A stretch of DNA of 64,000 nucleotides, from assembly GCA_043228905.1 (NCBI GenBank), contig JBHGNT010000006.1:9920001-9984000 (forward strand), read 5' to 3'. The DNA comes from Azolla caroliniana. Taxonomy: Eukaryota > Plantae > Polypodiophyta. The translations under genes were made by a program, and so were the position numbers. The notes beneath the pieces are model-generated. The model saw nothing but the letters and a program-made list of their open reading frames with translations. It was not told the DNA's origin and searched no databases. Each line of letters begins with the position of its first letter. The stretch's first letter is position 1. Below are positions 34,501 through 47,400 of the stretch, piece by piece.

Positions 34501-35901
34501 AGAGTATTTTATTGCATTCAAGGATTGGGTTAGTATTCATGGTTTTTCATTACCCTTTCATCATATGTAGAGCTTGTATAATAATACCTGATGTCCTATT
34601 GCTTCTATTAGAAACCGTGTCGAGGCAAGAAACAAGGAGAAGTTAAGGATATACACGATTTCCCTACATCCTTCCTTGCACATCTCGAGCGAGCCAGAAA
34701 AGAAAAGGATCGTCGCTTAGTCAAGGCGTACGAAATGGAGGAAGATGGCTCCTTTAAAAAATTTAGCCACAAAAAAGATATTACGAGAGATCTTTACTAC
34801 AATGTGGTTTGCGGTGATGTCATCGACTTGATCCAGAAGGTGCCAAAGAAGGAATATACGCTAATGATTGCGGATATTCCTTACGGATTTCGAATGGCTG
34901 GGTCATCATACGACGATGAACTGTTTAGGTTTAAACAATTGGAGAAGATGGTCAAGGATTTCGCTGAGCTAACGACCGCATCCTTGTGGCGAATAGTTGT
35001 CTTTCATAGTATGGACCAAGGGTACTCGGTAGCTCAAGCTTTGAGATCTCGTTGCCATGGCATCGAGAACCTTGCATGGTAAGGATTATTTATAGGTGTC
35101 TTTCACTATATTGCATTTCTTAAGGTTGTTGAATCTATTCTTAATTCGATGTATTATTTTTTATAGGATCAAGACCAATGTAAATAGAGGGCCAACTTTT
35201 CGGTTCGTTAATGCCATTGAATACATAACGGTTGGCTACTTCGATGAAATTAAGAAACAGAGAATCAAAGAGCATTCTAATGAAGTGGGAGGTTCAAATC
35301 TGTTGGTATATCCAGCAGTGACACGGAAATTGTGACATGTCACCACGACAGAACGGGGACTTGTCAACCCATACCAAAAACCTCAACGACTTATGATGCG
35401 CGTGATCGAGATGTTTTCTGTCGAAGGAGACTGGATATTAGATCTCTTTTCTGGCACAGGTATTCCTCGAACTAGGGTAACGATCTTGAGATAACCAATC
35501 CCTTTTTTTTCGTTTGACAACTAAATCTTCTTGTTACTTACATCACAGGAACTACGTCTGCATGTGCATTGAAGCTTTTTAGAAATACAGTTGCATTGGA
35601 GAAGGAAGAGGACCAAGTTATATTTATTAATATGCGGATTAAGGCTTTGTGGGAGTGCCCAGACCAGGATGAGGAGGTTGGTGCAAAGAACCTAGCCAAT
35701 ACAGAAAGGTTTCAACCTGCTTCGCGAGAGCCTATTCCTCCGTTAGCCGGCGAACCGGGGGAGCTAATAGAGCTTGATGATGAGCTTATAGAAGATATTT
35801 CGTTGGCTCGGCTAACAGGGGAAACCAATGCACGTATAGCCGAAGACAGTTCTACACAAGATGATGAAGAAAATGACGTTGATGAATTGATTGCTATGTA
35901 A
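31540..35901 (+). pseudogene. ParB/Srx-like domain fused to beta-class N6-adenine/N4-cytosine DNA methyltransferase; 6 exons, ~965 codons, 2 premature stops and 1 frameshift
   Basis: GT-AG exons 31540-31574, 32704-34341, 34418-34528, 34612-35078, 35167-35459 and 35549-35901. ParB-like IREP..HV..LK..M..PFIVMVD..YFVIGGSHSAEA. MTase VVCGDVIDLI..LMIADIPYG, LAWIK, EYITVG, NPYQKPQRLM..IEMFS.EGDWILDLFSGTGTTSACALKLFRNTVALE. Stops at 34265-34267 and 35333-35335; frameshift near 34500. Confidence 0.88.
31625..32261. repeat. Array of 13 x 25-bp palindromes with exact 51-bp periodicity, in intron 1 of the cargo gene
   Basis: GAACTCGATACG(C/G)CGTATCGAGTTC starts at 31625, 31676, 31727 ... 32237; the 26-bp linkers resemble ctgtttaaaacctaaactttaaacag. 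Confidence 0.95.
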
Positions 35902-36150
35902 TAGACTCTATGAAGAATATGACACTGACGATTTGTTAAGATTTCACATTATTAATACAAATTTTGGGTTTTACCTAGTGGATTCTATTCTTTATAATCT
36001 TCTATATGTTTCAATTTTATTTTTATATACTTGATTAGTAGATTTATGACATTGGTTTCACCGCGTGCATAGCTGACTACGAAACTTATGGAGAAACATG
36101 AATAGTTTAAATGGAGGCTGATTTTGGTCCAAGCTAACCTTAACAGAACA

Positions 36151-39100
36151 TGTTGAACACAGTGCTCAGCCACCACCTAGGAATAGGATAAATTCACAGA
36201 AAACAGGAAATACAAAATGCACGAGGACAATAGAGAGAAGAGTACACAGGATGTTTTACGTGGAAAACCCTAAATGGGAAAAACCACGGGAGTCCTCGAA
36301 CTCCAACTATCACTCTAAACAGAGGTGTACAATGGTGAAGCTACAAGGCAACAACCTTGAGCTCACTGTCTTCGCCACAGGCGGCGGTAATACACAGAGG
36401 CAACGACCTCTTCGTCTCTCTCTCTCTCTCTCTCTCGGCTGCTCTCACTTCGCAAAACAGAAAAATGAGCAACAACTTCAACAGCAACAAAACTGTTTGC
36501 CCTAAGTCATATTTATACACATATGACTTTCGGGCTATTTACAAATATAGCCTCAAGGGCCCTTGGCAAACATATTCACAAATATGTCCCCGCATCCGGA
36601 TCTCTCTCCGGGTACATTCATCATCCGGCTCCATAGCCGGGGTCTTCATCATCCGGCTCCGTAGCCGGGGTCTTCATCCCGATTCCCGGACATCCGACCA
36701 TCCCATCCGGAGGGACCGTAATCCCAACAAACTCCCCCTTCACTTCGGCATGGGATGTCTTTCCAGTCCGACCCTCTTCCGGCACGCTTCCAGCTTGTCG
36801 GGTGTGAGCACTTTGGTCAGCATATCTGACCCGTTCTCGTCCGTGTGGATCTTCGTCAGCACGAACTCCTGGTCTTCTATCCTTTCCCGGATCCAGTGAT
36901 ATCTTCGCTGGATGTGCTTCGTCCGGGAGTGATAGGCCGCGTTCTTCGCAAGGTGGATGGCACTCTGATTGTCGCAGTAGAGTCGGTACTCCTCCTGCCG
37001 GATACCGACTCTCTAATGAAGTCCTTCATCCATATTATTTCCTTGCCGGCTTCAACGGCCGCCATGTACTCCACCTCCGTGGTTGACAATGCAACCGTCT
37101 TCTGCAGCCTCGACTGCCACGAAACAACTCCCCCTGCATACGTCATCACATACCCTGATGTGGACCGGCTGGTATCTGCATCAGCCGACATATCCGAATC
37201 GGTAAAGCCGTCGAGTTCGGGCTTACCGGAGCCGAATCGGAGGCACACGTTTGCCGTGCCCTTCAGGTATCGGAGTATCCACTTGACCGCGTTCCAGTGC
37301 TCTTTGCCGGGATTGCTCATGTACCGGCTCACCACTCCGACTGCATATCCTATGTCCGGTCTTGTACACACCAGTGCGTACATCAAGCTTCCGACGGCAG
37401 AGGCATATGGTACTTTCATCATGTCCTCCTTCTCAGCCTTTGTCTTGGGGCTTTGCTTGCTGGACAACATGCAGTTTACCGGGAGGGTTGACCCGACCGG
37501 TCTTGCTTCTGACATGTTGAACCGGTGAAGCACCTTTGTCACGTACTTCTCCTGTGACAGCCACAACTGCTTCTTCTTCCGGTCCCGGATGATGTGCATC
37601 CCTAGTATTTGCCTCGCCGGACCCATGTCCTTCATTGAGAAGGTTCGGTGAAGCGCTTTCTTCAGCATCCGTATCTTGACCTGGTCCCGTCCGACGATCA
37701 ACATGTCGTCCACGTACAGGAGGAGTATTAGAGAGTCTCCTCCTTCGAACTTCTTCACAAACACGCAGTGATCGGACTGCGTTTTGAGGTACCCTTCGTC
37801 GGTCATGAAAGAGTCGAACTTCCGGTACCATTGCCGGGGAGCCTGCTTCAGTCCGTAAAGGCTCTTCTTCAACCGGCATACCAGGTGCTCCTTCCCTTTC
37901 TTCTCGAATCCTTCCGGTTGCTGCATGTAGATCTCTTCTTCGAGGTCACCGTGAAGGAATGCCGTCTTCACGTCCATCTGTTCTACCTCGAGGTCCATGC
38001 TTGCCACCATGCTCAGCACCGTCCGGATGGAGGTCATCTTCACTACCGGGGCAAATATCTCGTCGAAGTCGACGCCCTTCTTCTGCTGGAACCCCTTCAC
38101 CACGATCCTGGCTTTGTATCTCGGAGGGTTGCCGGCATCTCCCGGTTTCAGCTTGAACACCCACTTGTTTCGAAGTGCCCGCTTTCCTTTCGGCAACTCC
38201 ACAAGTTCATATGTGTGGTTCTCATGCAGGGAATCCATCTCCTCCTGCATGGCACTTAACCACCTGCGGCTATGGGTGTCGAGCTTTGCTTCTTCAAAAC
38301 TCTCCGGCTCCCCCTCGTCGGTTAGCAGCACGTGCTCTGGTTCCGGAAATCTCCGGGGGGCCCTTCTCTCTCTTAGAGGATATCTCCGTTCCGAAGCTTC
38401 GGTAACCGGCTCCTCCGTTTCCTCTTCATCCGAATCCATTTCGAGATCGGGGCCGGTTCCGGTATCAGTTTCATCTTCCTCGGCCGGTTCTGTTTCTTCA
38501 CCGTCTTCGGCCGGATCCTCGAGTGCTGACCGGTCCCTTGCCGGTCGGGACTGCTCCTCGTAGAGTTGATCCTCACCGGTCGTCTTGGAGCTCTTCATCT
38601 TCTTCTCCGACTCCCAGTCGGCGAGTGTCTTGTCCTCCATGAAGATGATATCACGACTCCGGAATATCTTTTTGTCGACCGGGTCCCATACTCGGTAGCC
38701 GAACTCGTCATCGCCGTAACCAAGGAATATGCATGGCCGGGTCTTTGGATCTAGCTTTCCTCTCCGGTCCTTTGCCACATGCACATATGCGAGACACCCG
38801 AACACCTTCAGATGCCGGTAGGACACTTCCCTACCGGTCCACACTCTCTGCGGCGTGTCTCCGTCCAAAGGTACTGAGGGTGATCTGTTTATCACGTATG
38901 TCGCCGTCGACATTGCCTCAGCCCAAAACCCCTTGGGTAATTTCGCATGCGCCAGCATACTCCGGACCCTCTCCATTATGGTCCGGTTCATCCTCTCGGC
39001 CAGCCCGTTCAGTTCCGGCGTCTTCGGCACAGTAAACTCGAGCCGGATTCCCTTCGAGCGACAGTACTCCTTGAACTGCCCCCGGTATTCCCCTCCGTTA

Positions 39101-41422
39101 TCTGCTCGTATCGCTTTCAGCTTCTTGCCGGATTCCCTTTCCACTCTCGCGTGGAGTTCTTTGAAGACGCACAACACTTGGTCCTTTGTCTTCAACGGTG
39201 CCGTCCACAGCTTCCGGCTGTGGTCATCAATGAATGTCACGAAGTACTGGGCTCCGCCATGTGACTTCGTTTCTACTTGACACACCTAAGTGTGCACCAA
39301 CTCCAATGGTGCGCTACGTCTCGTCGGTGGCCTTGAGTGGAAGGAGGTTCGGTTCTGCTTACCGGCCAGGCAATCGGTGCACTTCTCCAGGTGCACATGC
39401 TTCACTGGAATAAGGTTGTCTACTGCAAGCCTCTTCATCCCCTTCTCACTCATGTGGCACAGTCTCTTGTGCCACAGCTCACCGGCAGTGTCGGCTGCCA
39501 CGTTCAACTCCTCCGGACACAACCAGGCATTCATAAGGTACAGTGTGTTGACTTTCCGGGCCCGAGCCACTATCAGGCTCCCCTTGCTGAACTTCATTAC
39601 GCCGTTCCGGATGCTACCTGTGTAGCCTTCATCGTCTAGCCTCCCGGCCGAAATCAGGTTCAATCGGACCTCCGGAACGTGTCAGACATCCTTCAGCAAC
39701 ATTTTGCATTCGGTCGAGGTTGTCAGCCACACGTCTCCTATGTCGGCAATCCGGCATGTACCTTCATTTCCCATCCGGACACAGCCGTGCTCACCGGCTG
39801 TGTAGGATGAGAAGTATTTCTTCTCCGGGGTCAGGTGGAACGACGCTCCGGAATCGACCACCCAGGTCATCTCTTCACCGGCAAGGTTCAGCTCCCTTTC
39901 TTCGGTAATGAGCATTATCTCTTCTTCACTTGCCGCGAGTGCCGTCGTTCCTTTCCGGTCCTGCCCTCGCCGATCCGAACCATTCCGGTCCGTGGCTCCC
40001 CGGTAAGCACCGTTCCGTTCCGAAGACTTCTTCGAATCGGTGTCGTCGGCTCCGTTGTCTTTTCGGTAATGCCGACAATTCTTTCGGAAGTGCCCCGGCT
40101 TCACACAGTGGAAGCATGTGGGCCTTCCTCTTGACTGCGACCGGGTCCCCGACTTCTCCCGTCTTTGCGGACTCCGGTTCCGTTGTCTTCCCCGATCCGA
40201 TTCGGTAAGCAGCATCTTCGGATCGGAGGCCGGTTCTTTATCTCTCCGACGCGCTTCTTCGTTCAAAATGCTTGTCTTTACCGTTTGTAGAGACAAGTTA
40301 TCTTCGGTGCAGGAGGTGCTGAGAGTCACCACCAAGTTCTCCCGGCTTTCCGGCAATGTACACATCAGAATGATGGCTTGCATTGCATCCTCCAACGAGA
40401 ACTTGATCGCCGCAAGCTGGTTCACGAATCCCATGAACGTGCTTACGTGTTCCACCATATTCTCGCCGTCCCGGTACTTGAGGTTCACTATCTTCCTCAT
40501 CAGGGAGGTCCGGGTCAGAGCATTCTTCCTCTCATACAGTCCGGACAGCTTCTGCCACATCTCATAGGCGTTCGTATCGTTCGCCACATGTTGCAGAACA
40601 CTTACATCGACATATTGCCGGATCGTCGCTACGGCTTTCCGGTTCAGGAGCTTCCACTCCGACTCTATTACCCCCTTGGGTATCTCGGCATTGTCGATCG
40701 GTTCATACAGGTCTCGGACGATGAGAAGGTCTTCCATCTTTATCTTCCAGTCGGCGTAGTTCTGTGAGTTCAACACCATCATGCCCGGAGGCCCACTACC
40801 GCCGCCTTCCATTTTCTGTGTTACCGTCGCTCTGATACCACTCTGTTGAACACAGTGCTCAGCCACCACCTAGGAATAGGATAAATTCACAGAAAACAGG
40901 AAATACAAAATGCACGAGGACAATAGAGAGAAGAGTACACAGGATGTTTTACGTGGAAAACCCTAAATGGGAAAAACCACGGGAGTCCTCGAACTCCAAC
41001 TATCACTATAAACAGAGGTGTACAATGGTGAAGCTACAAGGCAACAACCTTGAGCTCACTGTCTTCGCCACAGGCGGCGGTAATACACAGAGGCAACGAC
41101 CTCTTCGTCTCTCTCTCTCTCTCTCTCTCGGCTGCTCTCACTTCGCAAAACAGAAAAATGAGCAACAACTTCAACAGCAACAAAACTATTTGCCCTAAGT
41201 CATATTTATACACATATGACTTTCAGGCTATTTACAAATATAGCCTCAAGGGCCCTTGGCAAACATATTCACAAATATGTCCCCGCATCCGGATCTCTCT
41301 CCGGGTACATTCGTCATCCAGCTCCGTAGCCGGGGTCTTCATCATCCGGCTCCGTAGCCGGGGTCTTCATCCCGATTCCCGGACATCCGACCATCCCATC
41401 CGGGGGGACCGTAATCCCAACA
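36151..41422 (-). mobile_element. Complete Ty1/copia LTR retrotransposon nested in the DNA transposon
   Basis: 579-bp TG..CA LTRs at 36151-36729 and 40844-41422 (about 7 substitutions by eye); TSD GAACA; PBS TGGTATCAGAGC (40829-40840); PPT AAGGGGGAGTT (36730-36740). Confidence 0.97.
36740..40812 (-). pseudogene. Copia gag-pol (Tnt1/Tto1-like) with two stops and a frameshift in RNase H
   Basis: CFHCVKPGHFRKNC, WVVDSGAS, LWHKRLCH..CTDC, FIDDHSR, DNGGEY, YKARIVVKG, QMDVKTAFLHG, SLYGLKQAPR, LYVDDM, FTDSD. Confidence 0.95.
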
Positions 41423-44400
41423 GAACATGGCCCTATAATTGTTGCCATGACTGTCCATGTTGTTATTATGGATCTTTGTCTTCTATTGTTAAAACTATTA
41501 TGTTTCTATTCCATTGCTGCTTAGATTGTGTAGTGTGTTGATAATGGTTCCAGTTGCGTTATCGTTCGGAGTTTGATCTTGTGTGAATCACCTAAGCAAT
41601 AGAGTAGATCAATTTTAAATACAGGTATGAAAGCCTAATAGGTTTGTTATTTCCACGACATTATCCTAAAGTTCACTGCCTTACATTGTCCACAATTATA
41701 AACATATGGTTTGATCCCATATGAACAAACTAAGGAATAGATTAGATCAACTTTAAATACAAGTATTGAATACTTTAATAAGTTAGTTATTCCAATCACT
41801 TATCCTAATGTGCACTATCCTACATTTTCCACAATTACATACATGCATGTATGGGTCAAAGTATAAATTTTATCTCATTTTATTAGTATGGATACAAGTA
41901 CACCTGATATTTTTGTAAAACTTACCTAATTAATATAAGTCTTTAAGTTAGTGTTTCCCTTGTCGCACAGTAGTGACATATTGAGCCATAGTTGAACTTT
42001 ATTATGCCTACATTAACTTATCAACATGTCTAAACTTGCATGATTTCTAATGATCTCCACTCGTAGATCTATCATGTATTTTTATATTTGCAAATTCTCA
42101 TCAAGTTGAGGAACATGTGATATTAGTGCATCCAATTTTTGTAGAGAGGGTGTATTTGCTTCGTTTTAAGAAGATTCTACAAGTGGAATGCGCAATCCTT
42201 CCACTTGTGAACGCGAACGTGTTCCCCTCATCTTTCTATTCCTCTGCCGTCTTTTCACGTCGGGTTCACCAAGTATGTCGCGTTATTACGCGCGTGTGTG
42301 TAGAAGGGCGGGACCACGGGGGTCTTGGACCGAGGAATAACTGAGAAGGAGGAGAACGGAAAGGCAGTGGACGCACTTGCACACACAGACGCGGGAGCAC
42401 ACAGGAATCAGAGTCCGACAACACAACAAAACGAGACGACTAGAAGTCTGAGTATATGAACACGTATGTATATAAATATATAAAGATATATCAAGACGTT
42501 TACAACTAATAGTGTTACCGGCTGGCAAAGGAGTCCAGAGTGTGAAACGAAGGAGTTATTTACTTATTAAGGAATGGTTGTAAGTAAGCTATTAGTGTGG
42601 ACGGACGGACCGGAATTGGTATGCCGTTCCGGATCCGGACCGATCCCGAACAGGTGCAGATGGCACCGTTTTGTACTACAAACTGGAAACCTATTTAAAG
42701 GCCCGGATACAATGTAATGAGCAACGGATAATTAATGAAGCTTAGTGTTTTTATCTCTCTGTGTTAATTGCCGTTCTGCATTCATTGTTATATCTTACGC
42801 GTGTGATTATTAAGGACGATCTTGCTAAGTAACCTAATTAAGTCGGATTAATCGTTGAGCCTAATCCTCTGTCCGTAACACCCCTTTGGTGAAGTGTCTT
42901 CCGTAGACACCCTGTGTTAGGCCATTGTCCGGCCCTAAGAGTTAAAACAGTTTTTGGCGACCACGATTCCTGTTTTTGCAGCAAACGACGACATGAATGG
43001 ATGACTAGATCAATGCACGACCTGGTTACAGATCGAACTCGATGCCTTGCCGAAAGGCAAAGGAGACGTGAGGCTTTCCAGCAAGCGGTGCAGGAAATTA
43101 GAGCGGATCACTCGTTTTCCAACGTAATCCGGAGAGTAGCGGAGGAGTCCCTCCGGTTACAGCAAACAACGCACCCGGACGACGGCAACAACCTAAGCAG
43201 CCTCCTAGAAACCGAATCCCTTCTCCAGGCGTTGGCAAGCGGAGAAGGCGAAGCAAAAGCCTTTTCAACGTATGAATCGGATTCCGAAGGGGGATACATC
43301 GTGCACACAAACTACCGTAGTAGCAACGACACCCCGGGCGGACCGGAGGACGAAGGATCAGACACCTTACCGACACCGGAACCGGAAGTGCTAAGGCTGG
43401 AACCTCCGGAACCAGACACAGAGGAAGAGCGACCTCCGACACCGGAAGTCCAGGAGGAGAGGCCTCTGTCACCAAAAGAAGAGGAAAGACCACCGACGCT
43501 GGAGACAAATCAGTAACGACCACCGACGCCGGAGAAAAACCAGGAACGAACACCAACACCACCAACCCGCGCACCGATACCAGACGACGACATGCCGTTC
43601 CAGTACTCCAAGTATAGAGATGATCCGGACGCAGAAGCTCATGTTCACGTTTTTGAACAGACATGGGAAGCAAACCATGTGTCCCAGCGATTGACCCCGG
43701 AGGAAGAGGAACGCTCTAAGATAGCGGAATTTGGCGTCACATTGGAGGGACCGGCAACAAGATACCATCACCACCTTCGCAGATTTAAAAGCTAAATTCT
43801 TGCATTTTTTCCAAAAGGAGGTGGACCAGACAGTAATGGTGGGCTTGTTTTATACCATCCGACAGGAGGAAGGGGAGAGCATTCCCCAGTTTGTCATTCG
43901 GTTTCAATGGATGCATAGTCAGCTTGCTCGCACACCCCCGGAGGAGGAATTACGGACTATATTCCTAAATGCGCTTCGGGAACCCCTACGCACGGTTTGC
44001 ACGGTAATTGACTTCCGCGCAAGTACCATCGACCAAGTCATTGACCGGGTGAGAGAGATGGAAAAGACAAGCTCCTGGCTCACACTAGGAGCACTCCAAC
44101 GGGCGTTACCGTTCGATGAAGACCTCCGGTTTCGGCAATAAATACAGTGCACAACCTACTTGAATTCCGGACACTCGGCACTAGAATGCACTATGAGGAC
44201 GCAATGTGTAATCTGTCAATCCAAGGGCCATACGACGGATAGGTGCGAGTATAATCTATTGAACCGGCAAGCACCGCCAGTCCGACAAATAGATCCACGC
44301 AGCAGCCGGGATGAAGAAGAGGAACACTGGCGGCGAATGGACCGATACCGACCGGCACAGGATGTCCGGTATGGCGATCGACGGGAGAATGATGTCCGGT

Positions 44401-47400
44401 ACGATGATCGGCGGGATAACTACAACCGGCACGATAGAAATGATCGGTACCGGGATTACAATAGATGATACGAACATTACGACCGGGAGCACTCCCCCGG
44501 GTATCGTCAGCAACGGGAGGAATACGGCAGATATCATGACCAACCTCGTCAAGAGTACCGCAATAAGAAGAACTATAACAAAAAACGACATTTCAAAAAA
44601 GGAGGCCACCCACGGGATCCGGAACAAGGAGCTTCAAGCAACCAACCGGCCCAAAACCCCGTGCTTACCACAGGATCTACCCTGGGTACAACAAACAATG
44701 CCAAATCCAGCAATACCCGGAAAGCCTACTGCTACTACTGCCGACGGGAAGGCCATTATAGTAATCAATTCCCGACGAAGAGCTATGACAAACGACCGGC
44801 AGTAAATATGGTAGTCCTTGAAGTGGCAGATCTGCAGCACGTTGTTGAGGTACTCCTCGCGGATGCGTGGTGAGGCGGGACCTCGGGGGTCTTGTACCAA
44901 AGAGCAAGAGAGAAAGGAGAAGATGCCACTACGTGCGAGAGTAGATTCATAGGGACACGGCCCTTCGACACAAAGACGCGAGTGGGACAGCGACACAGGG
45001 AGACACAAACGTATGTATGTATTAACAAAGACAAACAACAAGAACACGAAGACAACAAAACACGAAGTCGGTTACAGCCGAACAGGCCGGCGAACAGATG
45101 CCGATACCTGCTCGTAAACGCACAGAGAGGAAGGAGTAGGTTGGAGGTGCTGCCGGAAGCACTCGGGCATTCGTCAGAGCAGCGCGAGCCTCCCGAAACC
45201 TGCACAGAAGGAAGCTATGGTGTTTGCAAACCAGAGAGAGAGAGAGAGAAGCCTTCGCACGGAAACCGACAGCACTTCGTCCTCGAGTCTCCGCGATCCC
45301 CTTTTCCCTTCTTGTCTCCCTCCTTTTTATAGGCAAGGAAGGAGCCGTTTCCCCCCCTTTCTTCCTACCTACCGAATCTACCTAGGATCTCCTATGTACA
45401 ACTTAAGGCGCACGTGCATGAAGAGTCGGTTCCTACGCTCCGGTGCACCGATTCCGCTTGTGGACGGTTTTCTTCACGACATCCGCCCCCACCTAACCGC
45501 GCATCCACCGGCATGCGCCAAATTGTGTTGGGACGGATAAAACCGGTCCAGCCTTCATTCCCCGCCCGTCGGTTCTTCCTCGGTCTCGAATTGTTCGTCG
45601 TCGGGGTCCAGGTTAACCGGATCCGGCTCGTCGTCGTGACGCTTCTTGAACGCTTTGATCCGCTTCCCAGCTACCGGTATCGCCATTCTTGTGCCATCGA
45701 GTTCCGCCAGATGGTACGTCCCGTTGTCGTTGGCGCTCTGTACCACGTAAGGCCCGAACCACCTTCTTGCGAACTTCCGTGTCGCTCGGTGCTGGTTGTC
45801 GAGGCTGCTGTCATAGACTAGCACCCAGTCGCCTTCCTCGATCTTCTTCGGTCGGAGCCGGTGCGTCTGGTCGAACCGGGCTTTGTTCCTCGTCCTGGCC
45901 AACCGAAGCTTTTCCGCAGCTTGCTCCACGTCCTCCGGTCTTCGCTCGAGCTGTCGTATGCGCACCGTCAACAGTTCCTCCCGACTCATCTCGTCTCTCC
46001 AGTCCACGGTTGCCCATGAGGAGATCGTACGTTCCATCGGCATGATCGGCTTCTGCCCAAACATGAGCTCTGCAAGCATGAATCCGGTTACCGAATTGTG
46101 CGTAGTTCGGTCGGCCCACAACGCGTAAGGCAGCAACTGCGGCCAGTTCCCGACTTGACCTCCGCATGCACGAACTAACGCCTTGACGATCGGTCCGTGT
46201 CCGCGCGCCACCTTTCCATTCGCCTCCGGATTGTACGCAGTGTTAAGCGAGAGCTTGACTCCTAGCCGGTCGAACAACTCCTCGGCCTCTTCGGCGTCCA
46301 GCTCCCCGCGATCAGCCACGATCTTCCCGACGCACCCGTACCGGCATATCACGTCCTCAATCAGGAACCGACATACGGTCGCGGTCGTTTTGTTCTGAAG
46401 AGCTCGGCCTTCGACCTGGTTGGTCAGATCTTCCCGAGCCAGGACCAGATACCGCATCTGTCCTACTCCCATCGGCATCGTCACCAGATCTACCATCCAT
46501 TTGAAGTGGATGGTCGGAGGGTACGTAGGGTGAAGCTCGTCCCGATGTCGGACTATGGAGTGCATCTAACAGCTCTCGCAAGTTGTCATGAACCGATGCA
46601 TGTCCCGGTACAGTCCCGACCACCAGTACTTCCCCTCTATCTTCTCGAACGTGGCCCACGTTCCACGGTGTCCAGCCCAAGGGCTGTCGTGGTAGGCCGT
46701 CAGCAGCTCCTCCTGTTCTCCCTTCATCGCCACCACCCGGAGCGGGACATCGTTCCTCTTCTTTGGGTGCTTCCATAAGTATCCGTCCCGGAGAAAGAAT
46801 CGGTAAGCTTTCTTCCGGATCCGGTTGGCCTCGTCCTTCGTCCATGACGCATCCAGTGTCATTGTCCTCAGAAACCCACCGATCCGCAACCACTCGCCGT
46901 CGTACTTGCTCTCGTCGAAGCCGTTAAGTGCCGGAGTGCTCGCCCCGTCGGTCGTCACGTACGCCGCCTCGAAGAAGTCCACGCCGACTTCTTCGTCCTC
47001 GGAAACCATGCCGCCCTCGTCATCAAACCTCGCCCTCGAAAGCATGTCGGCCATGGCGTTGTCTTTTCCGGAAATGTGTCGTATTTCCGGGTCCACGAAC
47101 TTGATGTACGCTATCCACCGGAGCATCGCCAGGTCCGGTGTCGCGCATCCGGAAACCATGCCGAGAATCGGCAGGCAATCCGTCTCAATAACCACTTCTG
47201 TCCCGATCAGGTAGTCTTTGTCGGCCTTTACAGCCGAAACGATACCCCAGAGTTCGCGTTTAACCTAGGCGTACCCTCGCTGTCGTTCACTGAGGACCTT
47301 CGCGCCGAATCGGATCGGGAACCGAATGCCGTCCCCGTCTTTTTGGTTGACGATCCATCCGATCCCGGTCGGACTCGTATCCACCGTTATGTATACCGGG

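Larger units (their letters stand above)
27608..42223. mobile_element. Cut-and-paste DNA transposon (Sola/DUF7869-like) carrying a ParB-DNA methyltransferase gene
   Basis: TIRs AACACGTTCGC (27608-27618) and GCGAACGTGTT (42213-42223); TSD CCCCT at 27603-27607 and 42224-42228. Removing it gives gatccgac-cccct-catctt, colinear with the uninterrupted paralog gatctgac-ccttt-catctt near 55890. Confidence 0.92.
21235..42512 (-). mobile_element. Ty3/gypsy element B: 3' LTR 21235-21925, PBS 42255-42271, 5' LTR from 42276 interrupted at 42513; contains the DNA transposon
   Basis: TGTCGCGTTATTACGCGCG... recurs at 21235 and 42276. PPT (TGGGGGCGGA, minus strand) next to the 3' LTR; tRNA-Trp PBS. Confidence 0.92.

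Noticed and set aside
31540-35901. Bacterial contamination as the source of the ParB-MTase
   Set aside because: The gene has GT-AG introns and a TATA box, and lies inside a TSD-flanked element nested among plant retrotransposons.
36251-38563. Plus-strand ORFs over the copia LTR and pol, and similar antisense ORFs over the gypsy elements
   Set aside because: Shadow frames of GC-rich retroelement coding sequence or LTRs, with no independent motifs.
42179-42223. Helitron 3' end (hairpin near terminus)
   Set aside because: No CTRR end or Rep/helicase; TIRs and a 5-bp TSD indicate a cut-and-paste element.
42871-42880. Alternative end of the gypsy C LTR at CCGTAACA
   Set aside because: It mirrors the LTR start, but the PBS-like sequence follows the CA at 42949; cannot be settled without the full 3' LTR.
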